Assembly: GCF_001457595.1 (NCBI RefSeq)
Contig: NZ_LN831039.1
Location: 1,290,001-1,322,000 of the forward strand
Direction of reading: 5' to 3'
DNA: 32,000 nucleotides
Source of the DNA: Mycolicibacterium smegmatis
GTDB taxonomy: Bacteria > Actinomycetota > Actinomycetes > Mycobacteriales > Mycobacteriaceae
Shown here: positions 9,094-17,933 of the stretch, one piece after another
How the letters are laid out: every line of letters begins with the position of its first letter
Numbering within the stretch: the stretch's first letter is position 1
The notes under the pieces: generated by a model
What the model saw: only the letters and a program-made list of their open reading frames with translations
The model's database searches: none
What the model was told of the DNA's origin: nothing
Program-made: the position numbers and the translations under genes

Positions 9094-9974
9094 CCGCTCT
9101 TCGTGTAGGCGAACTGCGCGACCTCGGAGATCCCGCGGCGGAAGAAGTCGGCGCAGCCGGTCAGGTAGTGCATGTACCGGTCGTAGACCTCTTCCGACGT
9201 CGCGGCGATCGCGGCGTCGCGTTGCGCGGACAGGTTGTCGGCCCACGTGTCGAGGGTGCGGACATAGTGCGGGTTCATCACGGTCACATCGGCGGTGTGA
9301 AACCCTGCGGCACCGGAGAAGTCACGCATGTCGTCGTCGGATGGCAGCTGCCCGCCCGGGAAGATCTCCTTGTAGATGAACCGCGTGAACTTCATGTCGC
9401 TGAGCGTCACCGCGATGCCGTGCTCACGCCAGTAGTTGATGGGATGGGTGAAGATCGTCTCGATCACCATGCGCCCGTCGTCGGGCATCACCCGGTAGGT
9501 GGTGTCGAAAAACGCCTTGTACCTCGACTTCCCGAACGCCTCGAACGCCTCGATGCTCACGATTCGGTCGACCGGTGCGTCGAACTGCTCCCAGCCCTGC
9601 AGGCACACGAAGTGTGACCGCCGCGTGTCGATCTGATCCAGAAGCTGTTGGCAGAACGCGTACTGGTTCTTGCTCAGGGTGAGGCCGATGACGTTGACGT
9701 CGTACTTCTCGATCGCGCGTTTCATCAACGCGCCCCAGCCGCAACCGATGTCGAGCAGCGTCATTCCCGGTTGCAGGGCGAGCTGGTCCAGTGCGAGGTC
9801 GATCTTGGCCATTTGCGCCTGTTCGAGTGTCATGTCGTCGCGCTCGTAGTAGGCACAGCTGTAGGTGCGGGACGGATCCTGGAACAGCCCGAAGAAGTCG
9901 TCGGACAGATCGTAGTGCGCCTGGACTTCCTCGAAATACGGCCGCATCTGGGCAGTGCCGACGCCGTCAGCCAT
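9090..9974 (-). CDS. Cyclopropane/mycolic acid S-adenosylmethionine methyltransferase family protein (divergent)
   Basis: [51 protein letters not shown]; 294 aa. Confidence 0.93.
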   Translation of the reverse strand: MADGVGTAQMRPYFEEVQAHYDLSDDFFGLFQDPSRTYSCAYYERDDMTLEQAQMAKIDLALDQLALQPGMTLLDIGCGWGALMKRAIEKYDVNVIGLTLSKNQYAFCQQLLDQIDTRRSHFVCLQGWEQFDAPVDRIVSIEAFEAFGKSRYKAFFDTTYRVMPDDGRMVIETIFTHPINYWREHGIAVTLSDMKFTRFIYKEIFPGGQLPSDDDMRDFSGAAGFHTADVTVMNPHYVRTLDTWADNLSAQRDAAIAATSEEVYDRYMHYLTGCADFFRRGISEVAQFAYTKSG

Positions 9975-10897
9975 CAGGCCACGCTCTTCTCACAGGTGAA
10001 CTGGCAGACGTCGGTGTAGCCGTCGCGGAACAGGTCCGCGCACCCCTTGAGGTACTTGAGGTAGCGCTCGTAGACCTCTTCGGACGTGATCTCGATGGCC
10101 TGGTCCTTCTTGGCCTCCAGGTTGGCCGCCCATGTGTCGAGGGTGCGCACGTAGTGCGGCCGCAGGCGCTGCTTGCGCGTGACGGTGAAACCGGCCTCGG
10201 TGGCACGGTCTTCGACCATCGCGATCAGCGGGATGCGGCCACCCGGGTAGATCTCGGTGACGATGAACCGGAAGAACCGCATCAACGACATCGTCGTCGG
10301 CAGCCCCATCTGCTCGACCTCTTCCTTGCTGGTCGAGACGATGGTGTGCAGCAGCATCACGCCGTCGTCGGGCATCAGCTCGAAGGTCTTCTTGAAATAG
10401 TCTGCGTACTTCTCGAATCCGAAATGTTCGAATGCCCCGATCGACACGACACGGTCGACCGGCTCGTCGAAGTCCTCCCACGCCTGCAGGCGAACTTCTT
10501 TGCGGCGTGGGCTGTCAGATTCGGCGAAGCGCTGTTCGATGTGCGCGAGCTGATTGTGCGACAACGTCAGCCCGATGACGTTGACGTCGTATTTCTCGAC
10601 CGCGCGCATGATGGTCGAGCCCCACCCGCACCCGATGTCGAGCAAAGTCATGCCCGGTTGCAGGCCCAGCTTGCCAAGTGCCAGATCGACTTTCGCCATC
10701 TGGGCCTCTTCGAGCGTCATGTCGTCGCGTTCGAAGTACGCGCAACTGTAGGTCTGCGTGGGGTCCTGCCACAGCCGGAAGAACTCGTTCGACAGGTCGT
10801 AGTGCGAACGGACTTCGTCTGCTGTTGATCCGTGACGCTCGCCGGGCGGAGCTCCGACCTTGACCGCGATGTTCGATTTCTGTGGCGTTTCTTTCAC
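9974..10897 (-). CDS. Cyclopropane mycolic acid synthase family methyltransferase
   Basis: [63 protein letters not shown]; GTG start; overlaps the next gene by 1 nt. Confidence 0.95.
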   Translation of the reverse strand: MKETPQKSNIAVKVGAPPGERHGSTADEVRSHYDLSNEFFRLWQDPTQTYSCAYFERDDMTLEEAQMAKVDLALGKLGLQPGMTLLDIGCGWGSTIMRAVEKYDVNVIGLTLSHNQLAHIEQRFAESDSPRRKEVRLQAWEDFDEPVDRVVSIGAFEHFGFEKYADYFKKTFELMPDDGVMLLHTIVSTSKEEVEQMGLPTTMSLMRFFRFIVTEIYPGGRIPLIAMVEDRATEAGFTVTRKQRLRPHYVRTLDTWAANLEAKKDQAIEITSEEVYERYLKYLKGCADLFRDGYTDVCQFTCEKSVA

Positions 10898-11058
10898 CAG
10901 CCGCCCCCGAGAACGAATAGATGGCTTGGCGTACCGATTGCCTACCGTACGTCGAGACCGAACTTACTCCTCGAAACTTGGACCGTGAAGGTTCTTTTGG
11001 CGATCCTGCGCCCAGAGTTTTTGCTGCGGCAAACGTTCCGGCTGCGCGGCGACGAACT

Positions 11059-11088
11059 GAGCCCGGACCCTGTCCAGGGTCCGGGCTC
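11059..11088. terminator. Strong hairpin (12-bp arms) between the CMAS promoter region and a small gene
   Basis: GAGCCCGGACCC (11059-11070) / GGGTCCGGGCTC (11077-11088), 6-nt loop; no clear T-tract on either side. Confidence 0.5.
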
Positions 11089-11116
11089 ATGTGTCAGGTC
11101 TTATCGCCGCCGAAGC

Positions 11117-11251
11117 TCAGCGTTTGCGCATCTCGTGAACGCTGTCGGTGGGCGACGCGCTGTCAGTTTTCGCGCGCTTCTCAGCGCGCTTCTGTTTGAG
11201 TGATTGCCCGGATTTCTTGCTCATGCTCTGCCGCGGAGATTTGTCGGACAT
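11117..11251 (-). CDS. Small Lys/Arg-rich protein (44 aa)
   Basis: ATG at 11251 preceded by AAGGGG; MSDKSPRQSMSKKSGQSLKQKRAEKRAKTDSASPTDSVHEMRKR, a composition seen in conserved small actinobacterial hypotheticals. Confidence 0.65.
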   Translation of the reverse strand: MSDKSPRQSMSKKSGQSLKQKRAEKRAKTDSASPTDSVHEMRKR

Positions 11252-11584
11252 GGAAGCCCCTTGATGAGTGGGGCCTGTCGTGGTCCCGGTCCTTCGACGG
11301 TACGCGTATGTTCTGTGCTGGGGCAACGACGCTGCCGTCCGGTTGACAACGGGTGTCACGCAGCGTTGACTGGTGTTCTGGCCCGGGTCCCGCCGATATG
11401 CACGGTCGATCCAATGCGCCCGCAGAAGCTTCGGTTTGTTCTGCAGGCAAAGCGAAATTCGGCTCAGTGCGCCGAAACGCGGACCAATGGGCCCTATCTC
11501 CCAGCGGCCCGGCTTCCATCGTCACGGCGACTCGATACGTGGTCGTGTGGCTTCGTACGGCCAGGCGGCGACAGAGAGGTAGTG

Positions 11585-11836
11585 ATGACGCATATCACCG
11601 AGCCGAGGGTTATCGGCAACCACGCTGACATGGGGCCGTCGCGCGCCAAAAGCGATGACGTCGAGACGGATTCGCGGCTTACTCCCTCAGGGGTATGTGG
11701 CGCCGGCGCCCGGAAGACACGCGGCAGCTTACGCAGCATGCGGCGACGGCAGAAGGTCGAGGCGCTGACGAGGTGGGAATCCGAAGGCGGAGCACCCGCC
11801 GTCCGCCCGGCTGACGATATGTCGGAAACCTCTTGA
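11585..11836 (+). CDS. Putative small protein (83 aa) translationally coupled to the glycosyltransferase
   Basis: ATG with upstream GAGAGG; stop TGA overlaps the TTG start of the next gene (TTGA). Confidence 0.45.
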   Translation: MTHITEPRVIGNHADMGPSRAKSDDVETDSRLTPSGVCGAGARKTRGSLRSMRRRQKVEALTRWESEGGAPAVRPADDMSETS

Positions 11837-13011
11837 TCACTGCATCCACATTGCCCCTGGCGCCGCGGGTCGACACACGTCGCGGCTGCCCCGACAACCT
11901 CAACGTCGGAATCCTCAGCACTTATGCGCCCACGGCCTGCGGACTCGCCACGTTCAGTGCGGCGCTCGCCGGGGGCCTGTCCGGCACCGGTGCCGACGTC
12001 AACGTGGTGCGCATCGCCGACGGCGCCCCCTCCGGTAGCGCTCGCGTGGTCGGAGAGCTGGTCAACGGCTCGGCAGCCTCGGCGGCGGCATGCGTGGAGC
12101 TGCTCAACCAGAACCATGTCGCCATCGTTCAGCACGAATACGGCATCTACGGCGGAGCAGACGGTGACGAGGTCGTGGGCATCATCGGTGCCCTCGACGT
12201 CCCGGTCATCGTGGTCCTGCACACCGTCCCCAGCGCCCCCACGGCGCATCAACGCGCAGTCCTCGAACAGGTCGCCGCGCTCGCCGCGCGCGTGGTGGTG
12301 ATGTCCGCGTCTGCCAGTCGCCGTCTGTGCCGTGACTTCCGCGTCGACCGCAGGAAGGTGACCACCATCCCGCACGGTGCGGCAGTTCCGTGCGGCCCGG
12401 TGCTCAAGCGCGGTGGGCGGCCCACGCTGTTGACCTGGGGCCTGCTGGGGCCGGGCAAGGGCATCGAGCGCGGTATCGACGCGATGAGCGTCCTGCGCCG
12501 GCTCAACGGGATGCCCCGCTATCTGATCGCCGGGCTCACCCACCCGAAGGTTCTCGCCGCCGAGGGCGAGGCCTATCGCGACGCATGTGTCGAGCGCGCG
12601 CGCAGCACGGGGGTGTCCGACGCGGTCCACTTCGATCCCGGCTACCGCAGCCCTTCGTCGCTGACGACCTTGGTGCAGGCCGCGAAAGTGGTTCTGCTTC
12701 CCTATGATTCGACCGAGCAGGTGACCTCCGGTGTACTTGTCGACGCCATCGCCCACGGCCGTCCGGTGGTCGCCACCGCCTTCCCCCACGCCGTCGAACT
12801 CCTGTCCTCCGGGGCGGGCATCGTCGTCGACCATGACGACCCCGACGCGCTGGTATCGGCACTGCGCAGTGTGATCACGCAGCCGCGGCTGGCCGGGGCG
12901 ATGGCCGCCGAGGCTCGCAGGCTGGCGCCGTCGATGGCGTGGTCCGTGGTGGCGAACGCGTATCAAACTGTGGCGCGGGAACTCCTGGCCGGCAGTCCGA
13001 GGCAACGATGA
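11833..13011 (+). CDS. GT4-type glycosyltransferase
   Basis: NVGILSTYAPTACGLATFSAALAGGL N-term and STEQVTSGVLVDAIAHGRPVVATAFPHAVELLSSGAGIVVDHDDPDALVSAL, the C-terminal donor-site pattern of group 1 glycosyltransferases. Confidence 0.88.
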   Translation: MITASTLPLAPRVDTRRGCPDNLNVGILSTYAPTACGLATFSAALAGGLSGTGADVNVVRIADGAPSGSARVVGELVNGSAASAAACVELLNQNHVAIVQHEYGIYGGADGDEVVGIIGALDVPVIVVLHTVPSAPTAHQRAVLEQVAALAARVVVMSASASRRLCRDFRVDRRKVTTIPHGAAVPCGPVLKRGGRPTLLTWGLLGPGKGIERGIDAMSVLRRLNGMPRYLIAGLTHPKVLAAEGEAYRDACVERARSTGVSDAVHFDPGYRSPSSLTTLVQAAKVVLLPYDSTEQVTSGVLVDAIAHGRPVVATAFPHAVELLSSGAGIVVDHDDPDALVSALRSVITQPRLAGAMAAEARRLAPSMAWSVVANAYQTVARELLAGSPRQR

Positions 13012-14045
13012 CCGGCACCCCGTCCGCGGAGGCCCCGCCGCGACCCCGGTTCGACCACCTGTTGCGGATGACCGACAACCGCGGCACGTTCGAGCACGCG
13101 TGCCTCGACGAACCGAGAACCGAAAACGGTTACTGCACCGACGATATGGCTCGTGTGCTGGTCGTCGCATCCCGTCAACCACAGGCGGGCGGTCCGGTGA
13201 ACCGCCTGGGCGGTGTGGCGGTGCGGTTCCTCAACGAGGCGCAGGCACTGACCGGCCCGTGCCGCAACCGGCTGGACAAGGACGGATCCTGGACGGACGA
13301 ACCCGCTCTCGAAGACCCGTGGGGCCGGTGCGTGTGGGGGCTGGGGACCGCCGCCGCGCGCAGCGGGGTCGCCGTGGTGCGAACCCTTGCATTGCTGCAG
13401 TTCGAACGGGCCGCGCAGTGCCGTTCGGTGTGGCCGCGCGCGATGGCCTTCGCGGCCATCGGTGCCGCCGAACTGCTCGCGGTCAACCCCGGCAACGCGG
13501 CCGCGCGTGCCCTGATCACCGATTACGTCGCGGGTCTCCCGCCACCCGCCTCCGACAGCTCCTGGCCGTGGCCGGAGCCTCGGCTCGCCTACGCCAATGC
13601 CGTTCTCGCGGAGGCGATCATCGCCGCGGGCATCGTCGTGGAGGACTCCGGGTTGTGGACCCGGGGACTGGAGCTGCTGGGTTGGCTGGTGGAGCGCGAA
13701 ACCGGGAACGGGCACCTGTCGGTCACGCCGGTGGACGGTTGGGCAGCCGGTGAAACCCGGCCCGGTTTCGACCAGCAACCGACCGAGGTCGCCACGCTGG
13801 CCGACGCATGCGCCCGCGCGGCCACCGTCGACCCCGACGCCGTCTGGCCGCACACCGTGCGGGCGGCCGCCGCCTGGTTCGAGGGTGCCAATGATCTCGG
13901 GGAGCCCATGTGGGACCCGCAGACCGGCGCCGGATTCGACGGCCTGCACGCCGACCGGGTCAACCGCAACCAAGGTGCGGAATCGACCCTGGCGGTCATC
14001 TCCACTTTCCAACAGGTGCAACACTTTTCACCCGCGATCTCATGA
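13008..14045 (+). CDS. Glycosidase-like (alpha/alpha-barrel-like) protein associated with the glycosyltransferase
   Basis: ATGA overlap with upstream GT; Trp/Ala-rich helical repeats with DNRGTFEHACLDEPRTENGYCTDDMARVL and FDQQPTEVATLADACARA. Confidence 0.65.
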   Translation: MTGTPSAEAPPRPRFDHLLRMTDNRGTFEHACLDEPRTENGYCTDDMARVLVVASRQPQAGGPVNRLGGVAVRFLNEAQALTGPCRNRLDKDGSWTDEPALEDPWGRCVWGLGTAAARSGVAVVRTLALLQFERAAQCRSVWPRAMAFAAIGAAELLAVNPGNAAARALITDYVAGLPPPASDSSWPWPEPRLAYANAVLAEAIIAAGIVVEDSGLWTRGLELLGWLVERETGNGHLSVTPVDGWAAGETRPGFDQQPTEVATLADACARAATVDPDAVWPHTVRAAAAWFEGANDLGEPMWDPQTGAGFDGLHADRVNRNQGAESTLAVISTFQQVQHFSPAIS

Positions 14046-15517
14046 CCGCGAGCCGGCTCGCGGTGACCCGCGGCCCGCAACGCCTGGCCGCCGATCACTC
14101 GCGTGTGCTCCTTCGGCTGTTCGTGCCGGGGCAGGAGGGATTCGAGCTCCAGGAATCCCGGGCCGGCAAGGTCTTGAAACGGATCCTCGCCCTGGACGAC
14201 AACGAGGTGCGTGCCACCCTTGCCGGGGTCGTCGCCGGCTATGGGGAGCGCCACCGCGACCTGATCTCGGTCTTCCGGCATCATGCGGGTGAGCTCGCCG
14301 ACCGGCTCGATCCCGGCAGGCAGCTCTCCGAAGCGCGGATGCTGCTGATCGGCGCGATGTTCACCAACGAGTACGCGATCGAAGGCGCGGCGCTGTGCAA
14401 TCCCAGCATGGTGGCCCACCCCGATCAGTCCGGGGTTCCCCGAGGCTGCCTGCGTTTCGTGATGAGCGTGCGCGGTATCGGGGAGGGGCACTGCTCGTCG
14501 ATAGGCTTCCGCACCGGCGTCGTCGACAGCGCGGGTAGCGTCGTCGTCGACGATGCGGTGCCGTTCACCGCCACCGGATCGACCACGCCGCCAGTGCTCG
14601 ATGCGGCGGTGTTCCGCGGTTACCTGGCGCAACTGCGCCACACCGGTGAGATCGCCGACTACGTGCTCAACGCTCTCGGCGACCGGTTCAGCCGCTCCGA
14701 CCTGGACGCGAGGCTGGCCGAGCTGCACCGGAATCGCAGTACGCGGCAGCAGGCCGCCGAGACGATCGACGCGATCCGGGCGGTCGCCGACCGCGCCTAC
14801 GGCGTCGTATTCCCGGAAGACACCGCTCTGTCCGAACGCGTCCTGTGGCCGGCCACGAGCGCCGAGGCCGCCGGTATGGAAGATGCCCGGTTCGTCCGTT
14901 TCGTCGACGACGACGGATCGATCACGTTCTACGCGTCCTACACCGCCTACAGCGGCAACCACATCAGCCAGCAGTTGCTGGCGACCACGGACTTCCGGAC
15001 GTTCACGTCGGTGCCCATGGTCGGGCCGGCGGCCGCCAACAAGGGGCTCGCGCTGTTCCCGCGCCGCATCGGCGGGCGATACGCGGCCATGTCGAGATCG
15101 GATCGCGAGTCCAACACCGTCGCCTTCACCGATCACCTCGCCGTGTGGACGGATGCCGCTCCGTGCCAGCAGCCCGTGGCGCCGTGGGAGGCGCTGCAAC
15201 TGGGCAATTGCGGCCCGCCCATCGAGACCGACGCCGGGTGGTTGGTGCTCACCCACGGTGTCGGCCCGATGCGCACGTACCGCATCGGGGCGATCCTGCT
15301 CGACCTGCAGGACCCGACCCGGATCGTCGGTCGTCTCACCGAGCCGCTGCTGAGTCCCACCGAGGACGAACGCGACGGGTATGTGCCCAACGTCGTGTAC
15401 TCGTGCGGTGGCCTCGTCCATGCCGGAACGCTGGTGCTGCCGTACGGGATCGGTGACGCCGCGATCGGGATCGCCACCGTGCCGCTGCCGGATCTGCTTT
15501 GTGCACTACGCGGCTGA
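14042..15517 (+). CDS. GH130-family glycosidase/phosphorylase-like protein with long N-terminal extension
   Basis: ATGA overlap; GMEDARFVRFVDDDGSITFYASYTAYSG, NKGLALFPRRIGGRYAAMSRSDRESN, GNCGPPIETDAGWLVLTHGVGPMRTYRIGAILLDLQDPTRIVGRL are characteristic of the five-bladed GH130 fold. Confidence 0.85.
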   Translation: MTASRLAVTRGPQRLAADHSRVLLRLFVPGQEGFELQESRAGKVLKRILALDDNEVRATLAGVVAGYGERHRDLISVFRHHAGELADRLDPGRQLSEARMLLIGAMFTNEYAIEGAALCNPSMVAHPDQSGVPRGCLRFVMSVRGIGEGHCSSIGFRTGVVDSAGSVVVDDAVPFTATGSTTPPVLDAAVFRGYLAQLRHTGEIADYVLNALGDRFSRSDLDARLAELHRNRSTRQQAAETIDAIRAVADRAYGVVFPEDTALSERVLWPATSAEAAGMEDARFVRFVDDDGSITFYASYTAYSGNHISQQLLATTDFRTFTSVPMVGPAAANKGLALFPRRIGGRYAAMSRSDRESNTVAFTDHLAVWTDAAPCQQPVAPWEALQLGNCGPPIETDAGWLVLTHGVGPMRTYRIGAILLDLQDPTRIVGRLTEPLLSPTEDERDGYVPNVVYSCGGLVHAGTLVLPYGIGDAAIGIATVPLPDLLCALRG

Positions 15518-16387
15518 CTACCTGTCGGGACGCAACCGCACCATGCGGATCGTGGAGCTCTCGTCCAACTCGACATAGTCGGACCGTGAGCGCAGGAAGT
15601 CGCTGAACGACCGGAACCCCAGAGACTTCTCCGAGAACGACGGGTCCATCCGCTTCATCTGCGCCTTGACCGCCGAGTTGTGCAGCCACTCGACGTCGTC
15701 CTTCTCCAAGCCGATCTGCAGAGCGCGCAGGAGCAGCGCCGTCGCGGTGGCCTGCGGATCGGGCGGCTCCGGTTCCTCGTTTTCGTCCTTCTTGGTGCGC
15801 CGCGTGCGCCGCGGCGGGGTGCTCTGCGGCTCGGGCTCGAACACCGGCACACCGGGCAGCGCGTCGTAGATGATGAACTCGTCGCACGCGGCCGCCAGCG
15901 CGCGGCTCGAGGCCCCGGCCACCCCGATACCGACGACGTGACGGCCCAGCCGCTTGCAGCGCTGCGCGAGCGGGATGTAGTCGGAGTCGCCGGCCACGAT
16001 CACCACATGCGTCAGGTCGGGCAGCCGGAACATGTCCTCGACCGCGTCGACCGCCAACCGGATGTCGGCGCCGTTCTTGCCATACGCCGCGGCGGGGAAC
16101 AACTGCACCAGGTCCACGGCCCGGCCCACCAGTTGCTGGCGATATCCGGCGTTGACATCGGCCGACCAGTCGGCGTACGCGCGGGTGAGCACCAGCGTCC
16201 CGAACGACGACGCGAAATCCAAGATCGCACCCACGTCCACGGTGGCCTTGGTGAGCTTGTCGGCCTCCAGCCCCTTGGCCTTGTCCTTCTGGAACGAGTT
16301 TCGGCCGTTGACCTGGTCATATCGCGAGATGACGATGTTGTCGAAGTCGAGGTAGACCGCAACGCGGGTCGGAGCGGGCTCGGTCAT
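15518..16387 (-). CDS. NYN (PIN-like RNase) domain protein with C-terminal OST-HTH/LOTUS-like domain
   Basis: RVAVYLDFDNIVIS, KNGADIRLAVDAVEDMF, HVVIVAGDSDYIPLAQRCKRLGRHVVGIGV; C-term SEKSLGFRSFSDFLRSRSDYVELDE; start taken at ATG 16387 (MTEPAP), not 16837. Confidence 0.85.
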   Translation of the reverse strand: MTEPAPTRVAVYLDFDNIVISRYDQVNGRNSFQKDKAKGLEADKLTKATVDVGAILDFASSFGTLVLTRAYADWSADVNAGYRQQLVGRAVDLVQLFPAAAYGKNGADIRLAVDAVEDMFRLPDLTHVVIVAGDSDYIPLAQRCKRLGRHVVGIGVAGASSRALAAACDEFIIYDALPGVPVFEPEPQSTPPRRTRRTKKDENEEPEPPDPQATATALLLRALQIGLEKDDVEWLHNSAVKAQMKRMDPSFSEKSLGFRSFSDFLRSRSDYVELDESSTIRMVRLRPDR

Positions 16388-16496
16388 GGGTCCAGTCTCG
16401 CCCATCGACGCGAGGTCGTGGCGCAGGCACGCACATCCACCTAGGCTGAAGGTGGCCGCTAAGCGCCACTGTCCCCTCAACAGACCGGAACCCCAG

Positions 16497-17588
16497 GTGG
16501 CAATCAGCGACGTTGCGATATACGCAAACTTGACCCCCGCCGAGATCGAGGCCATCGGCGCCGAACTCGACGCCATCCGTACCGACATCGAGGAATCCCT
16601 CGGTGCGCGCGACGCGGCGTACATCCGCCGCACCATCGCGTTCCAGCGAACCCTCGACGTGGCGGCGCGGTTGCTCATCGCGGGCACCCGCTCCAGGGCG
16701 GGCTGGCTGGCGGGCACCGCGGCGCTGGCGTACGCCAAGTCCGTCGAGAACATGGAGATCGGGCACAACGTCAGCCACGGCCAGTGGGACTGGATGAACG
16801 ATCCAGAGATCCACTCCAGCACGTGGGAGTGGGACATGGTGGGCCCGTCGGCGCAGTGGCGTTATTCGCACAACTACCGCCACCACGTGTTCAGCAATGT
16901 CCTCGGCGTCGACGACGACCTGGGGTTCGGGGTCCTGCGGATGAGCCGCGACCAGAAGTGGGAACCGCAGCACCTCATCCAGCCGCTGCGAAACCTGTTG
17001 CTGGCCGCGGTGTTCGAGTGGGGCATCGGCCTGCACGACTACTACTCCGAACGTGACCGCGCAGATACCCAGGACGGCAAGGACGCCGCGCGCATGGCGT
17101 TCCGGCGCAAGATCGGCCGCCAGGTCGTCAAGGACTACGTCCTGCTGCCTGCGCTGAGCCTGCGGCGCTGGCGCCGCACGCTGCTCGCCAATCTCACGGC
17201 CAACCTGGTGCGCAACGTGTGGGCGTGCGTGGTGATCTTCTGCGGCCACTTCCCCGACGGCGCAGAGAAATTCACGCCGGAGACCCTCGAGCACGAGACC
17301 AAGGGGGAGTGGTACCTGCGGCAGATGCTCGGTGCGGCGAATTTCAAAGCCGGTCGCGTGCTGGCGTTTTCCAGCGGCAACCTGTGCTACCAGATCGAGC
17401 ACCACCTGTTTCCCGACCTGCCGAGCAACCGGCTCGCGCAGATCGCCGAACGGGTCAGTGCGCTGTGCGACAAGTACGACCTGCCCTACACCACCGGGCC
17501 GATGCCGCGACAGTACCTGCAGACGCTGCGGACCATCTTCACACTCGCGCTGCCGGATACGGGCTGGCGCGGCATCTTTCGGCGCTAG
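16497..17588 (+). CDS. Membrane fatty acyl desaturase, DesA3-like
   Basis: GTG start; three His motifs GHNVSHGQWDW, HNYRHHVFSN, CYQIEHHLFPDLPSNRL; MNDPEIHSSTWEWDM conserved with mycobacterial DesA3. Confidence 0.92.
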   Translation: MAISDVAIYANLTPAEIEAIGAELDAIRTDIEESLGARDAAYIRRTIAFQRTLDVAARLLIAGTRSRAGWLAGTAALAYAKSVENMEIGHNVSHGQWDWMNDPEIHSSTWEWDMVGPSAQWRYSHNYRHHVFSNVLGVDDDLGFGVLRMSRDQKWEPQHLIQPLRNLLLAAVFEWGIGLHDYYSERDRADTQDGKDAARMAFRRKIGRQVVKDYVLLPALSLRRWRRTLLANLTANLVRNVWACVVIFCGHFPDGAEKFTPETLEHETKGEWYLRQMLGAANFKAGRVLAFSSGNLCYQIEHHLFPDLPSNRLAQIAERVSALCDKYDLPYTTGPMPRQYLQTLRTIFTLALPDTGWRGIFRR

Positions 17589-17792
17589 CGCGTCGCCGGC
17601 TCGGTGATACGAGCCACGCCACCACAGCGGCGGTGATCCCAGAAGGGAACGCAACTTCTCATGCCCCTGTGACCTCGGGGAAACAGGGCGAAGTGCTCTG
17701 CCGTGTGGTGGCGTGCCCTGGCCTGTGCCCGTGCGCGTCGACCGCGTGAAACCCAGTCAACGCCTCTGGGCGCACGGTGTCAACGTTCCCCC

Positions 17793-17933
17793 GATCGGGG
17801 GACACGGGTTTCATCCGGTGCGTGGTCCGGTCGTCGGATACGGCCGCGCGCCGCAACGCGGCATTCTTATCTCAACGCGCCGGACAGGCCGCCGACAACA
17901 AAACGAAAAGCCTTATCCGACAAAGGAGTCGAA
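17793..17933 (+). promoter_or_regulatory. Conserved leader/promoter region, copy B
   Basis: Same ordered blocks as 7362-7499, with similar spacing to the start codon (about 138-141 nt). Confidence 0.7.

Noticed and set aside
7870-9246. 458-aa minus-strand ORF opposite the ketosynthase
   Set aside because: Shadow ORF; the plus-strand KS has full family motifs.
11494-13182. 562-aa minus-strand ORF opposite the glycosyltransferase
   Set aside because: Shadow ORF of a convincing GT4 gene; low-complexity Arg/Gly/His sequence.
13589-15421. 610-aa minus-strand ORF opposite the GH130 gene
   Set aside because: Mirror of codon bias on a conserved plus-strand gene; no recognisable domain or RBS.
16388-16837. 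N-terminal extension of the NYN protein
   Set aside because: Overlaps the desaturase gene, Cys/Ser-rich nonsense composition; MTEPAPTRVAVYLDFDN is the natural N-terminus.
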